A stretch of 60,740 bases of DNA, counting the filler, from Sphacelaria rigidula (lineage: Eukaryota): assembly GCA_964200075.2 (NCBI GenBank). It is 8 parts of 8 records of this genome, joined end to end, with 100 filler letters (N's around TTAATTAATTAA, not from the genome) between each part and the next. Parts side by side here need not be neighbours in the genome. Positions count along the whole stretch, not along the records: positions 7,607 to 15,112 come from CAXNAA020014600.1; positions 15,213 to 22,717 come from CAXNAA020014601.1; positions 22,818 to 30,322 come from CAXNAA020014602.1; 5 more parts are not named here. One strand, 5' to 3'. Positions 11,700-24,647 of this stretch are shown here, piece after piece (positions within the stretch are counted from its first letter, which is position 1; each line of letters begins with the position of its first letter). The position numbers and the translations under genes were made by a program. Under the pieces are notes generated by a model that saw only the letters and a program-made list of their open reading frames with translations, was not told where the DNA came from and did no database searches.

Positions 11700-14600
11700 A
11701 GGATATTATAGCGTCTTCGGTCTTGAGTGATTTTGGTGGTCGAGTATCCGAATTGATCTCCCCAAGTACAGGGGGGTTGCATTGTATCCTTAACTGAATA
11801 AAGGCCTCGCAGTGTACATCAATGTGCGTGCACGCCTAGATATGAGGCCTCATTTTCCTGAACTGGTGAGATGATTGCCGACGTTTGTCGTTTCTCCGCA
11901 CGCCTGTACACACATTCATACCACCGAAAACAAACACGGATATTGCGGTGACTCTATCTACTTTCGCCACAACGTTTGCGTGACTGTGCGTTGACTACCA
12001 GCACACGCATGGTGACGCTTATCCTTGCTTGAACAATACCCACAACAGATTAGACAAAAGTCGGTCGCGAATCGAGCATGATCGTGACTACCGGTTCATT
12101 TTATGAAAATATTCGTCAGCAAGAATCAGTCAGCGGCCCTCATCGGGTAGTAAGATGATGGAGCAGTGTGCACGGTGCACCCCCAGACGCTCACACAAAT
12201 ACCGCGAGCGAACCCCATGGGTTTTGGTCAGGCGAACTTCTAGGCCTTCGGTTGACTCAGCTTACGGTAGAAGTCGGGCTACGAACGTCCAGACGATGCT
12301 CCAGATACACTGTCGTTCCTTTCAAAAATGTCTCGCTAAAAACCTGAGTGCTGGATCAGGGTCAACGGGTAAGGCTGGAGTTGGGGTTCGGTATGTCGTC
12401 TGGGAGACTATGTGTGTGTCGATACTTGACAGCTCGCTCTTCCCGGAAGCTCTGTGAAACAACCAACTCTAACTTCCCTGACAGTAGCCCCCAACCGTCG
12501 CTGAAAGAAAAAGAGACCTCATGGCAACAGAGGGAGCGAGCGACGACTTGGGGAATTCAGACCAAGAGGGTGATGAAAGGCAAGAGAAGCACGGTCGACC
12601 TGCTTTGTGTTGATCAAAAATAGTAGGCGAATCGCTGCTTTCAGGTTCCGCGGAGGAACAGTTCAAGCCCAAGCACAGCCAACTCCGGTCACATGGGGAA
12701 ACAGAAAGACATGACATCGAATCCGCAACCCGCATTTGCCAACATCGCTGTCATATCGAAGGTGGCATTTCGTGTTTCCCCACCTCGTGGGCATGCGTTT
12801 GGCCAGGCTTGGGATAATACGATAACCCTTTCCGTGGGCGGTATCATCTTCCGTGCGGATGAGGCGAAGGATCTGCCGTTGGACCTGTCGTGTACCGTGA
12901 CAAAGTAGTCGTACCCGATAAGGGGAAGGAGAGGGAGGATCGCCGCGTTCCGAGTACATCGAAGTCATTGTAAGGAGAAAAAATATCCGTCCTTTGACAA
13001 AGCTAGCGGACAGGCACGGAAAATTATACCCCGTCGGAAATGTCTGCAAGAGAACTTGCTACAGTATGTTCGTCACAATCATTGCTGCCCTCGATCCTGC
13101 CCGTCCACGCTCTATCCCCAACTTTTTATATCGGGAAAACGGAAGCGGAACGCAACCGAGGAGGTCGCACCTAGGGATGACAATCGCACGGGATAAGTCA
13201 AACACGGCGATGCGGCCGGCCCCGCGCAAGCGTGAGTAAACGAGCGCGATGTTGACATCGGAAGGCGCGATTTTCAGATGATCTCAGAGGGTGAGAAGCA
13301 TAGACAACGATGAACTGGCGATCTAGATACTACGGCGTATCGAGTGCAGACTGAACGGTGCATTTTTTATCGTAGAAATATGTATTACGAGTTGATGTGA
13401 GAACGCTTTGTGTGTGTTTGATGACCGTGATACGTCGGCCGGTACGGTACTCATTGCATTTGATCAAGAAATTATCAGATACCAATAAACCAGTATCAAA
13501 GACGAGAAAAACTGAAGATTGGAGTGGCAACCGTTTCCAACCTGTTGTCATACGTTGATCAAAGCGAGGACGACGCAAAATATCTCGAATCCAGGTGAAA
13601 TATTCAACGAAGATCCCCTTTTCAAAGCCAGCGCAAATCCTTTCAGGGACACTAGATATGCTCAAAACGGGTAACCGAGCAATGCTCCGGTAGGGGTGCA
13701 CTTTTTTCGCCAAATCTTGTTTGGTTCAGGGGCTCCTAACGATTCTAGATTGCACAAGAATATGGGTCAGGGCATCCCCGTTTGCAAATTCATTCGGGAT
13801 ATCTCCAGCACATTAAAATATTGCTCCTGACGTACCTTCATATATTTCATAAGTGGTATTTTGGATGAGATACAGGGCTCCTGACAATCCTCATTTCGGA
13901 AAATATTTGTGCACCCCTACCGTAGCATCACTCAATCAGCCCCGTCAAACACGATAATAGTTGATAAACTCCTGGACAACTTGTGAGAGTGCTCGTCTGA
14001 ATACATAATCATTTCCCATAACAGAGTAATCAACGTCATACCCTGACACCAACGCAGCTGCCGATTCCGCCAAATCACAAGGATGACGGTTAGTTTCTGC
14101 TTCAACACACAGCACGCAGAGAACATGGCACTTTGAAGGCAAAAACCCTATAACGGTGGAAAAGCTAACCAAACCTTTGTTCGAGAAACAACCGGTTCGC
14201 CTAAATTCGCTGAATACAACCGTCCTCAACGACGTACGCATACATATATTGCACCCGCACTTCACGAGAAACACTCTCAACCTTTGTGTTGGTCATCATT
14301 GTAAATCCCGATATTCAACTTGATAATTTCACCACACCCGGCTCTGGTACTACAGACAAGCGACACTTACTTAACACCCAAACCAGCAACGCGCAAAGTA
14401 CACGGTCCAATTGGCACCCGCACACACATCGATCGACATTGAGTGCAACACGGCTCGGATGGTGTACACTGACCATCCCACCGCATGGCGAGGGAGAATG
14501 CCGCCGTCAATAAGGGAGCGACAAAAGGAAACCCGATCAGGTCAGCTTGATCACACTATTCCACCCACGTCTGGCTCCGCGTGTACCCGCTGGGTGCTGC

Positions 14601-14960
14601 TCACGACGGCTTGTTCAGGAGTCTATCCTCCCAGAACGGGACTTGCGCGATTCGATGCCGACCAATCGTCCCACGGCTTGCGGCTCTCGAGAGGCTCTGC
14701 CACGCGTGTGTCTGAATATATCATACCAATACATCGCGTGGTGGGTTCGGAGGAGCACAGGGCGGCATTCTTGCACGCGGTGGATACCTATACTACAGCC
14801 CGACGCGGAAAACACAACATATAGCGATCTCTAACACCAAACCACGCATCCGCCAAAGTCCTTCAACAGCTGATCCTAAGTATTGTAAAAACTTCAGCCC
14901 AGCCCACCCCTCCGCTGCCAATGATTGTCCTTTCGTACACGCAAGTCGAGCTAGCCAGTG
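11700..14960 (+). mobile_element. Highly degenerate Ty3/Gypsy pol remnant
   Basis: Motif relics in Gypsy order: CVDYQ...GDAYP (about 11987; RT CVDYR..DAYPLP), ARCTP (about 12170), IRPLTKL (about 12986), IIAALDPARP (RT-RNase H junction) and ISNTKPRIRQ (about 14827; integrase C-terminal region). Confidence 0.5.
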
Positions 14961-15269
14961 AGGCGTTTGCCTGGTACGGCAGATAGGTGCTCATGAACGG
15001 CATACGTTGACTCTCGTGATCCCCCTTCACCAGTAGCTGTTCTTCCCTACTCTCATCTTGTCTGTTTTGGCTGCATTTACAGGGCGGTGAGAGCGCCATT
15101 GTCGTGAGGGGGNNNNNNNNNNNNNNNNNNNNNNNNNNNNNNNNNNNNNNNNNNNNTTAATTAATTAANNNNNNNNNNNNNNNNNNNNNNNNNNNNNNNN
15201 NNNNNNNNNNNNCTCGGAGAAAATGTTTTTTTTTTTTTTGCGCGAAGTTTTTCCGACTGTGTTTCATCC

Positions 15270-15312
15270 TCAACAAAAAGTACCATCCTCAACATAGATG
15301 ATTCGCTGTTTG
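15270..15312. repeat. End of repeat family B; also at 22818-22888 and 37862-37927
   Basis: CATCCTCAA....AAGYACCATCCTCAACATAGATGAT occurs three times, always at or close to a contig end. Confidence 0.75.
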
Positions 15313-15329
15313 TATGGCCATTTGTTTTC

Positions 15330-16379
15330 GTGACACTTTTAGCTAGTTTTGGGGGGGTTACCGTAGAAGGTGTCTGATGCTTCAAGTAAGTGGAAATATT
15401 GTAGTTTTGACAGTATTTCATGGTCTCTCCGTTCTCTACCGGCTTCCGGGGGTCCCAGTATGAAGACACCCGAAAGGCGGTAGAGAATGCCCCAAAAGAA
15501 AAATGATAAAATGATGCATCCCGGGATAGTCCAAGGAACACATGTACAAAGTTTGGTGGAGAAAATCGGAAACCTCATACAGTTTTTCTTGCCTAGACGT
15601 AAAGTTCACCCCAATATACGTTCCTATTATACTAAAACCAAGTAGTTAGGAGCTGCGCATTTCGAGCCCACCTCCTCCACAAACGCGCAAACCTTCACGC
15701 CGTTATTAGAATTTAGATCCTGAAACTTTGCACAAAAATGCCATGTATCATCACGCAACTTTCTTCCACCGATATTTTTCTACTTCTTGAGTTTTTCACC
15801 GTTTTTCGGGGGTCCGACGGGATCCAAGCGGACTTCCGAAGTAGTCTCCGTTCGGGGACCCCGGAAAACCGGCAGTTCGATAATTTTTTTCATTATTTCG
15901 TGAACGAGCTATCGCTGCATAACCCAAGGAATGGCCCCACAAAAATTGTCGCAAAACTCGATCAAGTGATGCTTGAATTTTCGTGTTCACATCAAAAATG
16001 GTCCAAAAATGCCGTCTTGGTACTTTAATCGAATAGTTTGCGGTTTCACCGCGGCACGTCAAAGTTCATCGCATAAAAGCCAAAAATCTTACGCTGTTTC
16101 AAGAAGTTAGACCCTGTAATTTTGCACAACTGTGATATGGGTAATTCCGCAACGTTGGATGAACGAGGTATTTTGAGTTTCTTTCTCTTCACCGTTTTAC
16201 GGGGGTCCGATTGAATCGATGTTTCCCGGAAAAACTGGGACCCCCAAAAAGCGGTGAAAAAAAGACGAAAAAACTCGACCTTCGAAAGTTGCACAATGCA
16301 ATTTCAGGGTCTAACTCCTTAAAACGGCGTGAGGTTTTGCCGATGAGTGTTTTCTGGGTGATAAGCCTGAACCAGCCTG
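15330..16379. mobile_element. Non-autonomous Tc1/mariner-like element; right terminus defined, left limit approximate
   Basis: Ends ...GATAAGCCTGAACCAGCCTG|TA at 16379. The reverse complement of 16155-16381 matches 45182-45437, which begins TA|CAGGCTGG. The motif TTCACCGTTTTWCGGGGGTCCGA is repeated internally. Confidence 0.65.
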
Positions 16380-16644
16380 TACCCATTTTTTTTTCTGTGA
16401 AATTACACCTTCCTGAAAAGGCCGAAACCCAACGACCAGGGATTTAAAATTATAGCCCCCTTGTTACATGGTTGACCCGCAGATCCGGAAGTTCCGACGA
16501 TGCATCCAGGGCGTGAACGCCTGTTTGCCGGGTGCCGGAGACCACAAGGATCCGAGGTATATGTGTGAAAGTCTTTCCGGCACACATACGTCCGAACGAA
16601 CAGCATCATATGGCGTCACAATGTGGAACATCAGGCAGTTCGAT

Positions 16645-17051
16645 GCACACACGCGGCCATTCGGCTACCCCCCAAAATACTCCGTTCCGGTCAACTTTTC
16701 CAGCCTCCAGAGGAATTAAACGCCTGTAGAGGGTACGAGGCCCTCCAGAGGGGTGGGATCGAACGCCCCCAGAGGCTTGTTTTGCCTCTAGAGGGCCGCG
16801 TACCGTCGCAAGGAACTTGGAGGATGCGCAGCCCTCCAGAGCACCATATTTTTTGTTACTCTCGAGGGATTCAGATCTCAGAAGTCACTGGAGCACCAGA
16901 TGCCCTCCAGAGGATTCGTTTTATGACCGGAACTGAGTATGAAACACCCTCTAGAGGGTATTTATATTCTCCGGGGGGTCACATACCCTCGAGAGGATGA
17001 AAATCGCGATGGAGGATGTGTACGGGGGTAGCCGAATGGCCGCGTGTGTGC
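16645..17051. mobile_element. MITE with about 28-bp TIRs and internal palindromic motifs
   Basis: GCACACACGCGGCCATTCGGCTACCCCC at the left end and its reverse complement at the right end. About 10 CCTCNAGAGG-like sites inside. Confidence 0.85.
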
Positions 17052-18823
17052 GGGATCTTCATTTCATTTGCGGATCGAGACCACAGCACCCCACGTCGAC
17101 AAGCATTAGACCAACTTTAATTATATATAGTAACCAATATAAATTTGTACGCAGATTGGGGGAAGACCAAGAAACGTGAATCGCATTTTATCGATCCCAA
17201 TCTGGGCCAAATCGGGGAAGCGAAATCGGGATGTCATGATTTGGGCACGAGTGTTCCCGATTTATCGCAAAAGTCGGGGGAAAGCTGAGGTCCCTCCGAT
17301 TTTGAGGAAGGTGGCGTAAGTACTTGGCGTGCGATGGTCAGAAAAATTATATGTGCACCCGGGTGCACCATCAAGAACCGATTCTCAGAAATGGGATTGA
17401 ACATTACAATGAGGTTCAAATGGCGTAACTAATTTTCAGGAATGGTGCGAAACAATTGCACCAAGGGAAAACATTCCCCCCCCTAATTATCTGTAATATT
17501 TTGTTATTACCCAGGTATGGCTGGGTGCACCGAACGAATGTGGTGTACACGCGTCTCGATTACGAAATCCCCAGAGAGAGAGAGGAGCAATGGCGGAGAG
17601 GAATAAGCTCCTCGCTGTTTTCCTTCGTGTGTCCTCGTTCGGCGATTCCCAATCGCTCGAGGGATTGATATCATGCTCCCATCACAAACCCAAGTTGCCA
17701 TGTGTCGGCAGGCGGGTTATTGTAGCACAGCCCGGGAAACAAGATCGGGATGCCCACGGTTGTCGTCTCCTGTCTGTGGCGTTGACCAATGCACAGATCG
17801 ATTCCTCTCTGCATCTCTGCTTGGACAGGACGTGCCTCTTGGCGCACTAGAAAACGGCGTCGAAAAGTAGGTCGATGTTCCCGTCACCGCTACTGCTCTC
17901 TCACACACACATGCTAGCAAGGGCGGTGTAGTGTCAATAACAAGATCCAATCGCAACTTGGTGAGGGGTGTTTTTGTCATTGTTCAATTTACCCGACTTG
18001 TGGGTTCACAAGAACAAGTCTGCCACATCCCAGTTGGGGGGATGTATGAGAGATCAAACACTCGTAGAGATCTTCTTGGCATACGGAGTGAAGAAAGGTA
18101 CCCCTGCCGGTGACCTGACTGTTGCTGGCGTGATCCATATGGAGGCGGCCACCCTGTAATCTGAGCTGTTATGATGTACAATCGGTCGGGTGCTCACCAG
18201 GCTGTGTGTGTGCGTGTGTGTTGCAAAGGCAAAAACAAAAAAGGTCATGCGAGGCCGTACTGAGCTGAGACGAGATAGGGTTGCGGTTTTGATTTCACCA
18301 GGAACAATGGTGTTCTATGATTAAGCACTTGCCGTTGCATTTGTGACCGACGCCGTCAAGCGCCGATCGCAAAGGTCGGGTCAACAATAGCTTTCGAGCA
18401 GAGTGATCGGCATATTACCACGTCAAACAATCCGGGACAGCTTTCGCTGCTCTGCGTACTTGTACTGACTGCCTGTAAAACGGCCGTCATAGCACCGAAT
18501 TTGACAATACTTGGTACAACTGAACAGTTTCGTTTCCTTCACGTTGTTCCATAGACTCAAAACGGCTCTACAAAGTTGCGGGAGGGCGCCTTCCCCTTTT
18601 CCCGCTAGCTATAAAAAAACGATGACACAGGTTTTGCCAGCTCTACGGAACATCAACGGGCACAGAGAATTTTCTTCGAATGAAATTCCGCGTTTTTTCA
18701 CTTGTGTGGTGTCTTATCAGACCGTTTTTCTCTTTCGAACTCGAACCTGTCCATTGCAGTTCGATTCTATATTAATCGTCTTATGCAAATCCCAGAAGAG
18801 TTCGGTATAATCGTTCGACAGTA

Positions 18824-19341
18824 CTTCCTCTGTCCCATAAGTAAAGGTACCTAATTTGTACGGGCCCTTAACGATGTCCGATCGTTTTTTTTTTTCTAAT
18901 AAAGCCTACGACGTTTTTTGGGTGAAGAAAATGTGTTTAAAATTTGCAGCTCGTGCTTGAGCCATGCCGCCGAACGGCTGCAAAAAAGTAGTCGGCCCCA
19001 AATGGCCGTTTTTCGCCCCTTTCCGAGGGAAAAGAAAGGGTCGATTTTTTTATTTTTTTTTCTAATCGCCCCTGCCTTCACTGGGGTTTTCTGCCAAGAA
19101 GTCCCACGCGATTAAAAAAAATCAAAAAGAAATTTGACACTTTTTCCCCCCCCGGAAAGGGGCAAAAACGGGCATTTGGGGGCAGACTATTTGTGCAGCA
19201 TGGTTCAAGCACAAGCTGCAAATTTTGAACCCATTTTCTGAACCCAAAAAACACCGTAGAGTTCAGTAAGAACAAAAGAAGATCAGATATCGCTGAGGGC
19301 CCGTACAAATTTTGGTACCTTTACTTATGGGACAGAGGAAG
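18824..19341. mobile_element. Stowaway-like fold-back MITE with TA target-site duplication
   Basis: TA|CTTCCTCTGTCCCATAAGTAAAGGTACC ... GGTACCTTTACTTATGGGACAGAGGAAG|TA. Imperfect inverted symmetry extends over most of the element. Confidence 0.9.
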
Positions 19342-19504
19342 TATCTTCGTACGATTATGCTTCACTTTCATATTTCAGGCTCTTGAACCGAAACCATGAT
19401 TTCTATATTCACCACAGTACGTGCGAAGCCAACAAGGGGCGGGGTGCTAGGAGGGTCTGCTGGAGAGTACACCAAGCTACTCCATGTAATTGCCACTATT
19501 CCAC

Positions 19505-20050
19505 ACGTCGGATAACTCATGGGTTAACTCAGTTATGCTGTATAGTTAACCCGGCCAAATTGTGCACCACTGAGTTATCCTCCATAGCTCACCCGCCCAG
19601 AATACACGTCGCTGAGTTATCTTCCTTAACTCACCCGACCAGAATGTGCACCGCTGAGCTATCTTCTACAACTCACCCGCCCAGAATACACGCCGCTGAG
19701 TTGTCTTGCATAACTCACCCGCCCAGAATATGCATCACTGAGTTATCTGCTATAACTCACCCGCCCAGAGTATGTGCCGCTGAGTTCTCTTCCATAACTC
19801 ACTCGACCAGAATATGCACCACTGAGCTATCTTCTGTAACTCACCCGGCTAGAATGTGCACCGCTAAGTTATCTTCTATAACTCACCTGGCCAGAATGTG
19901 CACCGCTTAGTTATCTTCTATAACTCACCTGGTCAGAATACGCACCGCTGAGTTGTGCTGTACTTCGAAGTATAACTCACTAGATCGGAATATGCACCGC
20001 TGAGTTATGTTGCATACCTCACGGTTGAGTTATCGGAAAATGAGTTACTG
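19505..20050. repeat. 42-bp minisatellite (about 11 units) ending in a TA|CAGT-type terminus
   Basis: Unit is approximately ACTCACCCGSCCAGAATRTGCACCGCTGAGTTATCTTCTATA. The array ends GAGTTACTG|TA at 20050. Confidence 0.9.
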
Positions 20051-20356
20051 TATGCCGTAAAACTGACCTGACTGTAAGCATACGGAGCACAGCCGTCGAC
20101 AGTAGTTACTTGTTCAGCGTAAGCTTCCCTATTACGGAACAGTACGAATTAAGGAACGTTATTTTTTAATCGTTCATAACTCTGCGAATTATTGATCGTT
20201 TCCCATTTTGTTTTTGCTGCATGTGCACAAGAGCACGGTGCTTCTTTTGAGCTACTGCATGTGCCTTTTGCATAAAAAAACACCATCCCTCAGCACTGCG
20301 AAAAAGGGCGTGTGTCTTTCTTCAAAATCAGCTTTTTGGTCGATCGGCTGCTAACC

Positions 20357-20830
20357 ATGCAGAGAGTGAGGGTGGACCCAGAACGTGCAGCAGAGGCCGT
20401 AGAAGCGGTACGCAGCGGTCGCATGACCTTGCATTCTGCAGCAAAGATCTTTGACATCCCCGTTGGTTCGCTGCAGAAGCCTGTCAGTGGTAGCGTGTGC
20501 ATAGCTGGCAGGGTTGGTTCGGGTACTGTACTGTCGAGGTGGGGAGAAATTTCCATCGAAGATATGCTGAAATTTGCCGCAGCTCGTCAACGGGCCTCAA
20601 TGGAGATGACCTGAAACAGGCGGTTATGGCACTCTGGAGCGACAACCGACCGGTGCCATAGGACCCGACAGTAGGCTCAGGTCGAAAATGGGTCGACTTG
20701 TTCCTTCGGAGGCACCCGCGGCTAGGTGAGCACAGCAACCGCATCTGCAAGGCCGACAGGGTGATGCGGCCGACGAAGAAGATCGTATGCGGGGGTTTTT
20801 TGCGGCCTGTGAGGACTATGTGGACAAGGA
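20357..20830 (+). pseudogene. pogo/Fot1-type transposase N-terminal fragment (HTH-psq plus CENP-B-type HTH), frameshifted
   Basis: MQRVRVDPERAAEAVEAVRSGRMTLHSAAKIFDIPVGSLQK is psq-HTH-like. After a frameshift and a stop it continues GRKWVDLFLRRHPRL. No DDD domain follows. Confidence 0.75.
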
Positions 20831-21199
20831 GAAGCCAGCAACCGACCACGGATGGAACACTGACGAGACAGGTGCTTGACAGTCTGTCAAGAGCCGTTCT
20901 GTTTCTGTGATACAACGCATGTGTCTGGAGCTAGAGCCAGAAGCTGTTGCTGTGGAGTGGTGTTTGTCTGCTCTCAATTATGCTGCGTTTGAAACGGTAT
21001 TATTTTCGCCGCATTCTTGGCCGACGAAGCACTTGGCGTTTTCCGGCTCATTGCTGTCTCGGCGTGTTCTGTTGATTGCACTTACTCTTTATAGAGGTCC
21101 TGCCTATACTGTCTGCAGAGGTGTTGCAAGTACCGCGGTTAGAGATTGTGCCAGTACGTACCACCCGATACTCGACGTACTACGCTGTACCGTGCCCCC

Positions 21200-21239
<40 letters not shown>

Positions 21240-22890
21240 ACCCCTCCACCCCTCCGCCTCTTCCCTCCACCGCNNNNNNNNNNTTGCAAAGTCCGCGGTT
21301 AGAGGTTGTGCCAGCGCCCCCCCCCCCACCCCCCCCCCCCTACGCTGTCCCGTCCCCCCCCCCCCCCCCCCCCCCCTCGCTACACCCGCCACTCGTGAAC
21401 ATCTTCGCCGTAGGTTTTACTCCGCAAGGGACCAGGGCGTGAAAGGTCATCACCGAGAACGATTCGGCGGAGTTTTCGCTGCTTGGCTTGCTCTGTTTCG
21501 TGGTCGCTGCTGTCTGCGAGCTGCGTCTGCCGTTGTCGTAGTTATTGTCGATTTTGGCGAGAATTGTGTGTGCGTGGGGGGGGGGGGGGGGGGGGCGGGG
21601 GGGCAGCAAACGTGTTTCATTGCAACTCGGTCACATCCGTCGAACACCAAATTTTGCGAGAATTCTGTCGAAACTCATTCCACTGGGTTGCGTAGCTCTG
21701 AACAAACAGAAAGCATAGAGCTCTACGAACGTGCTCGTCGAGTTCGGCGTTTCCAAACACGGAGAAGAATGCTCAAATTTGTTCCGAAAGTCCGGAGACA
21801 GGGCAATTTGATGCCCGCATTGACTCTTTTCCCTCTTTGGTGCCGGAAAGTGATGCATTATGATGCATTGCGATGCGTAAGGGTTTGTGCCAAAGGAAAA
21901 TATCTGGAACATCCTAGCTCTAGGTGTTCCATTTTCCTTGTCATTGTCGATTTCTGGTGATTAAGGGGCATCGCTCAATGTGCGTCATAGTACCTTAATT
22001 AATCGTAACCCATGAACATCAAATTTTGGAAGATTACTTTCAAAACGGATGTCGATGGATTAATGAAGGAGAAAAAAAGGGAAAATGATTCCGTCGAGTA
22101 CGGCGTTGCCAAACGCAGACTTGATGACTAAATTTTCCCCGAAAACTAGGGGATATACCATTTTCATCCCCTCATTATATATTTTTTTGCAAAACAGACC
22201 GCACTAGTCTCATACACATTTGTACCAAAAGGAGAAGATCTGAAACGTCCCAGGTGTTCCATTTCGTAGTCATTACCGATTTTTGATGAAAAATGAGTGA
22301 TCAACGTGCGTGATTATTATTATTTCTATTATTAGTATTATTATATCCGTCACATTAGCTCGATCTCTCGAACCCGTGGCCACAGAGTGCAAGGAGCATA
22401 CCACCCATATCCATAACCCAAACAGCCCGCAGAAGAAGGCGAGAAACAAAACATCTACACGAAAAAAAACAACTACACTACGAAAGATCCGTATGAGATC
22501 GATTGAACTACAGGAGACCTACTTCTACTGGAATCTAAGAAGTCCCCGCGTGTGACCTCTCCGACTTCTTTGCCACGTGCTGGTGTATACTGTACACAGA
22601 GTAGTAACAGCGAGTGAGCCGATAATCGAAACTGTCTCATAGAACAGAGACCAATCCCAAAATAGATCTACTGTCTGGAGTGCTGTTCAAAGAGATGCTC
22701 TACAGAGACTGCGCACCNNNNNNNNNNNNNNNNNNNNNNNNNNNNNNNNNNNNNNNNNNNNTTAATTAATTAANNNNNNNNNNNNNNNNNNNNNNNNNNN
22801 NNNNNNNNNNNNNNNNNCGAAGATTTTAATCCTCCGGGTTATCATCCTCAATGAAAAGCACCATCCTCAACATAGATGATCGGCTTTTCC

Positions 22891-24299
22891 AACGTGCTAT
22901 GGTGCTAAACTGAGGAATATCGAAATACTTTGTTTTTTTTCAGGGAGTTACACAAGGATATACCCCATTACCCACTTTATTCAAGGTATTCATTACTGAC
23001 TTGATAGTAGCAATAGAAGCAGCAAGTCAAGGAGTCAAGGTTGGTGAAGATATGGTATCGTGAGGATTTCAGGAGTAGCAGAAGGATTGAAGAAACGGGT
23101 AGACAAGGCGCTAGAATACACTAGGAACTTGAGAGTGACAGCGAATGTTAGCAAATGTGCGGTACTCGTCTGTAACGAAGATGAGAGAATTCCGGTAGAG
23201 TACAAGTGGAAGTGGGGACAAGAGGAAAAGCCGATCGTAGACCAGTTTGCGTACCTTGGCCTAAAGATCTGAAAACCTGTTCCTGGGATGCACACATAAC
23301 CAAAGTAATAGGAAAGGGTAAGGAACAGATAAGCAGGATGGACGTGATCCTCAGAGACTTGCACCTAGATACTAGGATTAAGGAATCTATAATGATGAAC
23401 GCGATTGTACCAAAGCTGGAATATGCAGAAGAAGTATGGGAGGGAACGTGAAATTGGTGAAAAGGTTGGAAACAGTACAAATGGCAGCAGCGAAGAAAAT
23501 ACTTGGATGATCGAAAACGACGAGTAATACAGCATTGGGAGCAGAGTTGGGATTATACTCCCTCAAAACAAACAAAAGACATGGGGAAATTGCGATGGCA
23601 ATATTGCGTAAAGAACACGCAGAGAAAGGGATTGACGGCTATAGTTGATAGGACTGTTTGGGAGAAAATTACGAAAGTGTGCGTCGGAATAAGGTGGGAT
23701 GGAGAAGTCGAGAAAGTATGGAAGGAGATAGGAGGGAGCCAAGATGAAATACGGCTCATAGGTGAAGGCGTGCGGTACAAGACAAAAGTAGGAGACATGG
23801 TTGGAATAAGGGAACGAGGATTGTTCAGACAAGAAGACGAGGAAGAACATCTGAAGATATACGGGGGGTCGAGAGAGGGGATAGGGATGAAGACGTATCT
23901 GCATGGCCCCATAGATTCGGCGAAGTAATTGAAACCGTGATTTCGGGTGGGGGGGCCTGGACTCATGTAGTGATAGAAAGTGAACTACACAAGGAGGAAC
24001 GGGACGTGCGAGAGGCGGTAATGCGGGACGTGAACGAAGGTGGCATGGAATCGTGCGATGCATTAGACAGTAGCGAAAAACCGATGTCTATACTAGGAGA
24101 TAGATGGTGGACCAGACGGCGAAACGGGACGGGGATAAGATATGTAAAGGCTTCGTGTAAAGTATGGAACAAACGTGAGAAGCTCCTGAATGTTGGGCAT
24201 GACTCTTTTGGGAGTAGGAACGGTGCTCCGTCTCGAAAGGGATACATGGTCAATGGTCAAACGACTAGGGCAAGCAACTTATAAGTATGCCCCCCCCCC
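22891..24299 (+). mobile_element. LINE remnant, copy 1 (RT C-terminal half), ending in a C-run
   Basis: GVTQG..PLPTLFKVFI, VTANVSKCAVL, FAYLG and IVPKLEYAEEVW are present; the xADD motif is deleted. Collinear with the minus-strand copy at 53416-55222. Confidence 0.9.
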
Positions 24300-24404
24300 T
24301 GCACCCGCGCGCGCTTGTCCTATTATTGTGTTTTCCGAAAGACTAGCACGTTCCTAATAGGTTGAGATGACCCCATTACCATGCGCCCCTTTCGTTCGCG
24401 CTAG

Positions 24405-24647
24405 GGTCATCATGCCGCCGGTGTTTGGGAGGCAGTCGCTGAAATACGGCTACAGGAAAGTGTTCATGTTTGCTGCATCGACCCTCATCGTAGCATCCAT
24501 CGCCTATGCGGCCGCGAAAAACAACTTTGAGGTGTTTCTGAGCCAGCTGCTGTTGGGGGTGGGCAGCGGGACGCTTGGAATGACCAGAGCGTATGTGGCG
24601 GACAAAACGACCAAGGCCCAGAGGACAACATTCCTCGCCTATACCTC
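24405..24647 (+). CDS. MFS transporter (MFSD8/CLN7-like), internal exon A
   Basis: TAG acceptor, GTGAGT donor. Translation VIMPPVFGRQSLKYGYRKVF...QLLLGVGSGTLGMTRAYVADKTTKAQRT. Confidence 0.9.

Noticed and set aside
19505..20050. CRISPR-like array, or a 14-aa repeat protein (ORF 19383-19910)
   Set aside because: The spacers are as conserved as the palindromes, there are no cas genes and the context is eukaryotic. The ORF follows from a unit length divisible by 3 and hits a stop inside the array.
21120..21385. Poly-Pro/poly-Gly ORFs and duplicated flanks around 10-11-nt N gaps (also near 31870, 33622, 44783, 55307 and 59509)
   Set aside because: Near-duplicate, low-quality sequence on both sides of small gaps at homopolymers points to scaffolding artefacts. 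Run lengths there are unreliable.
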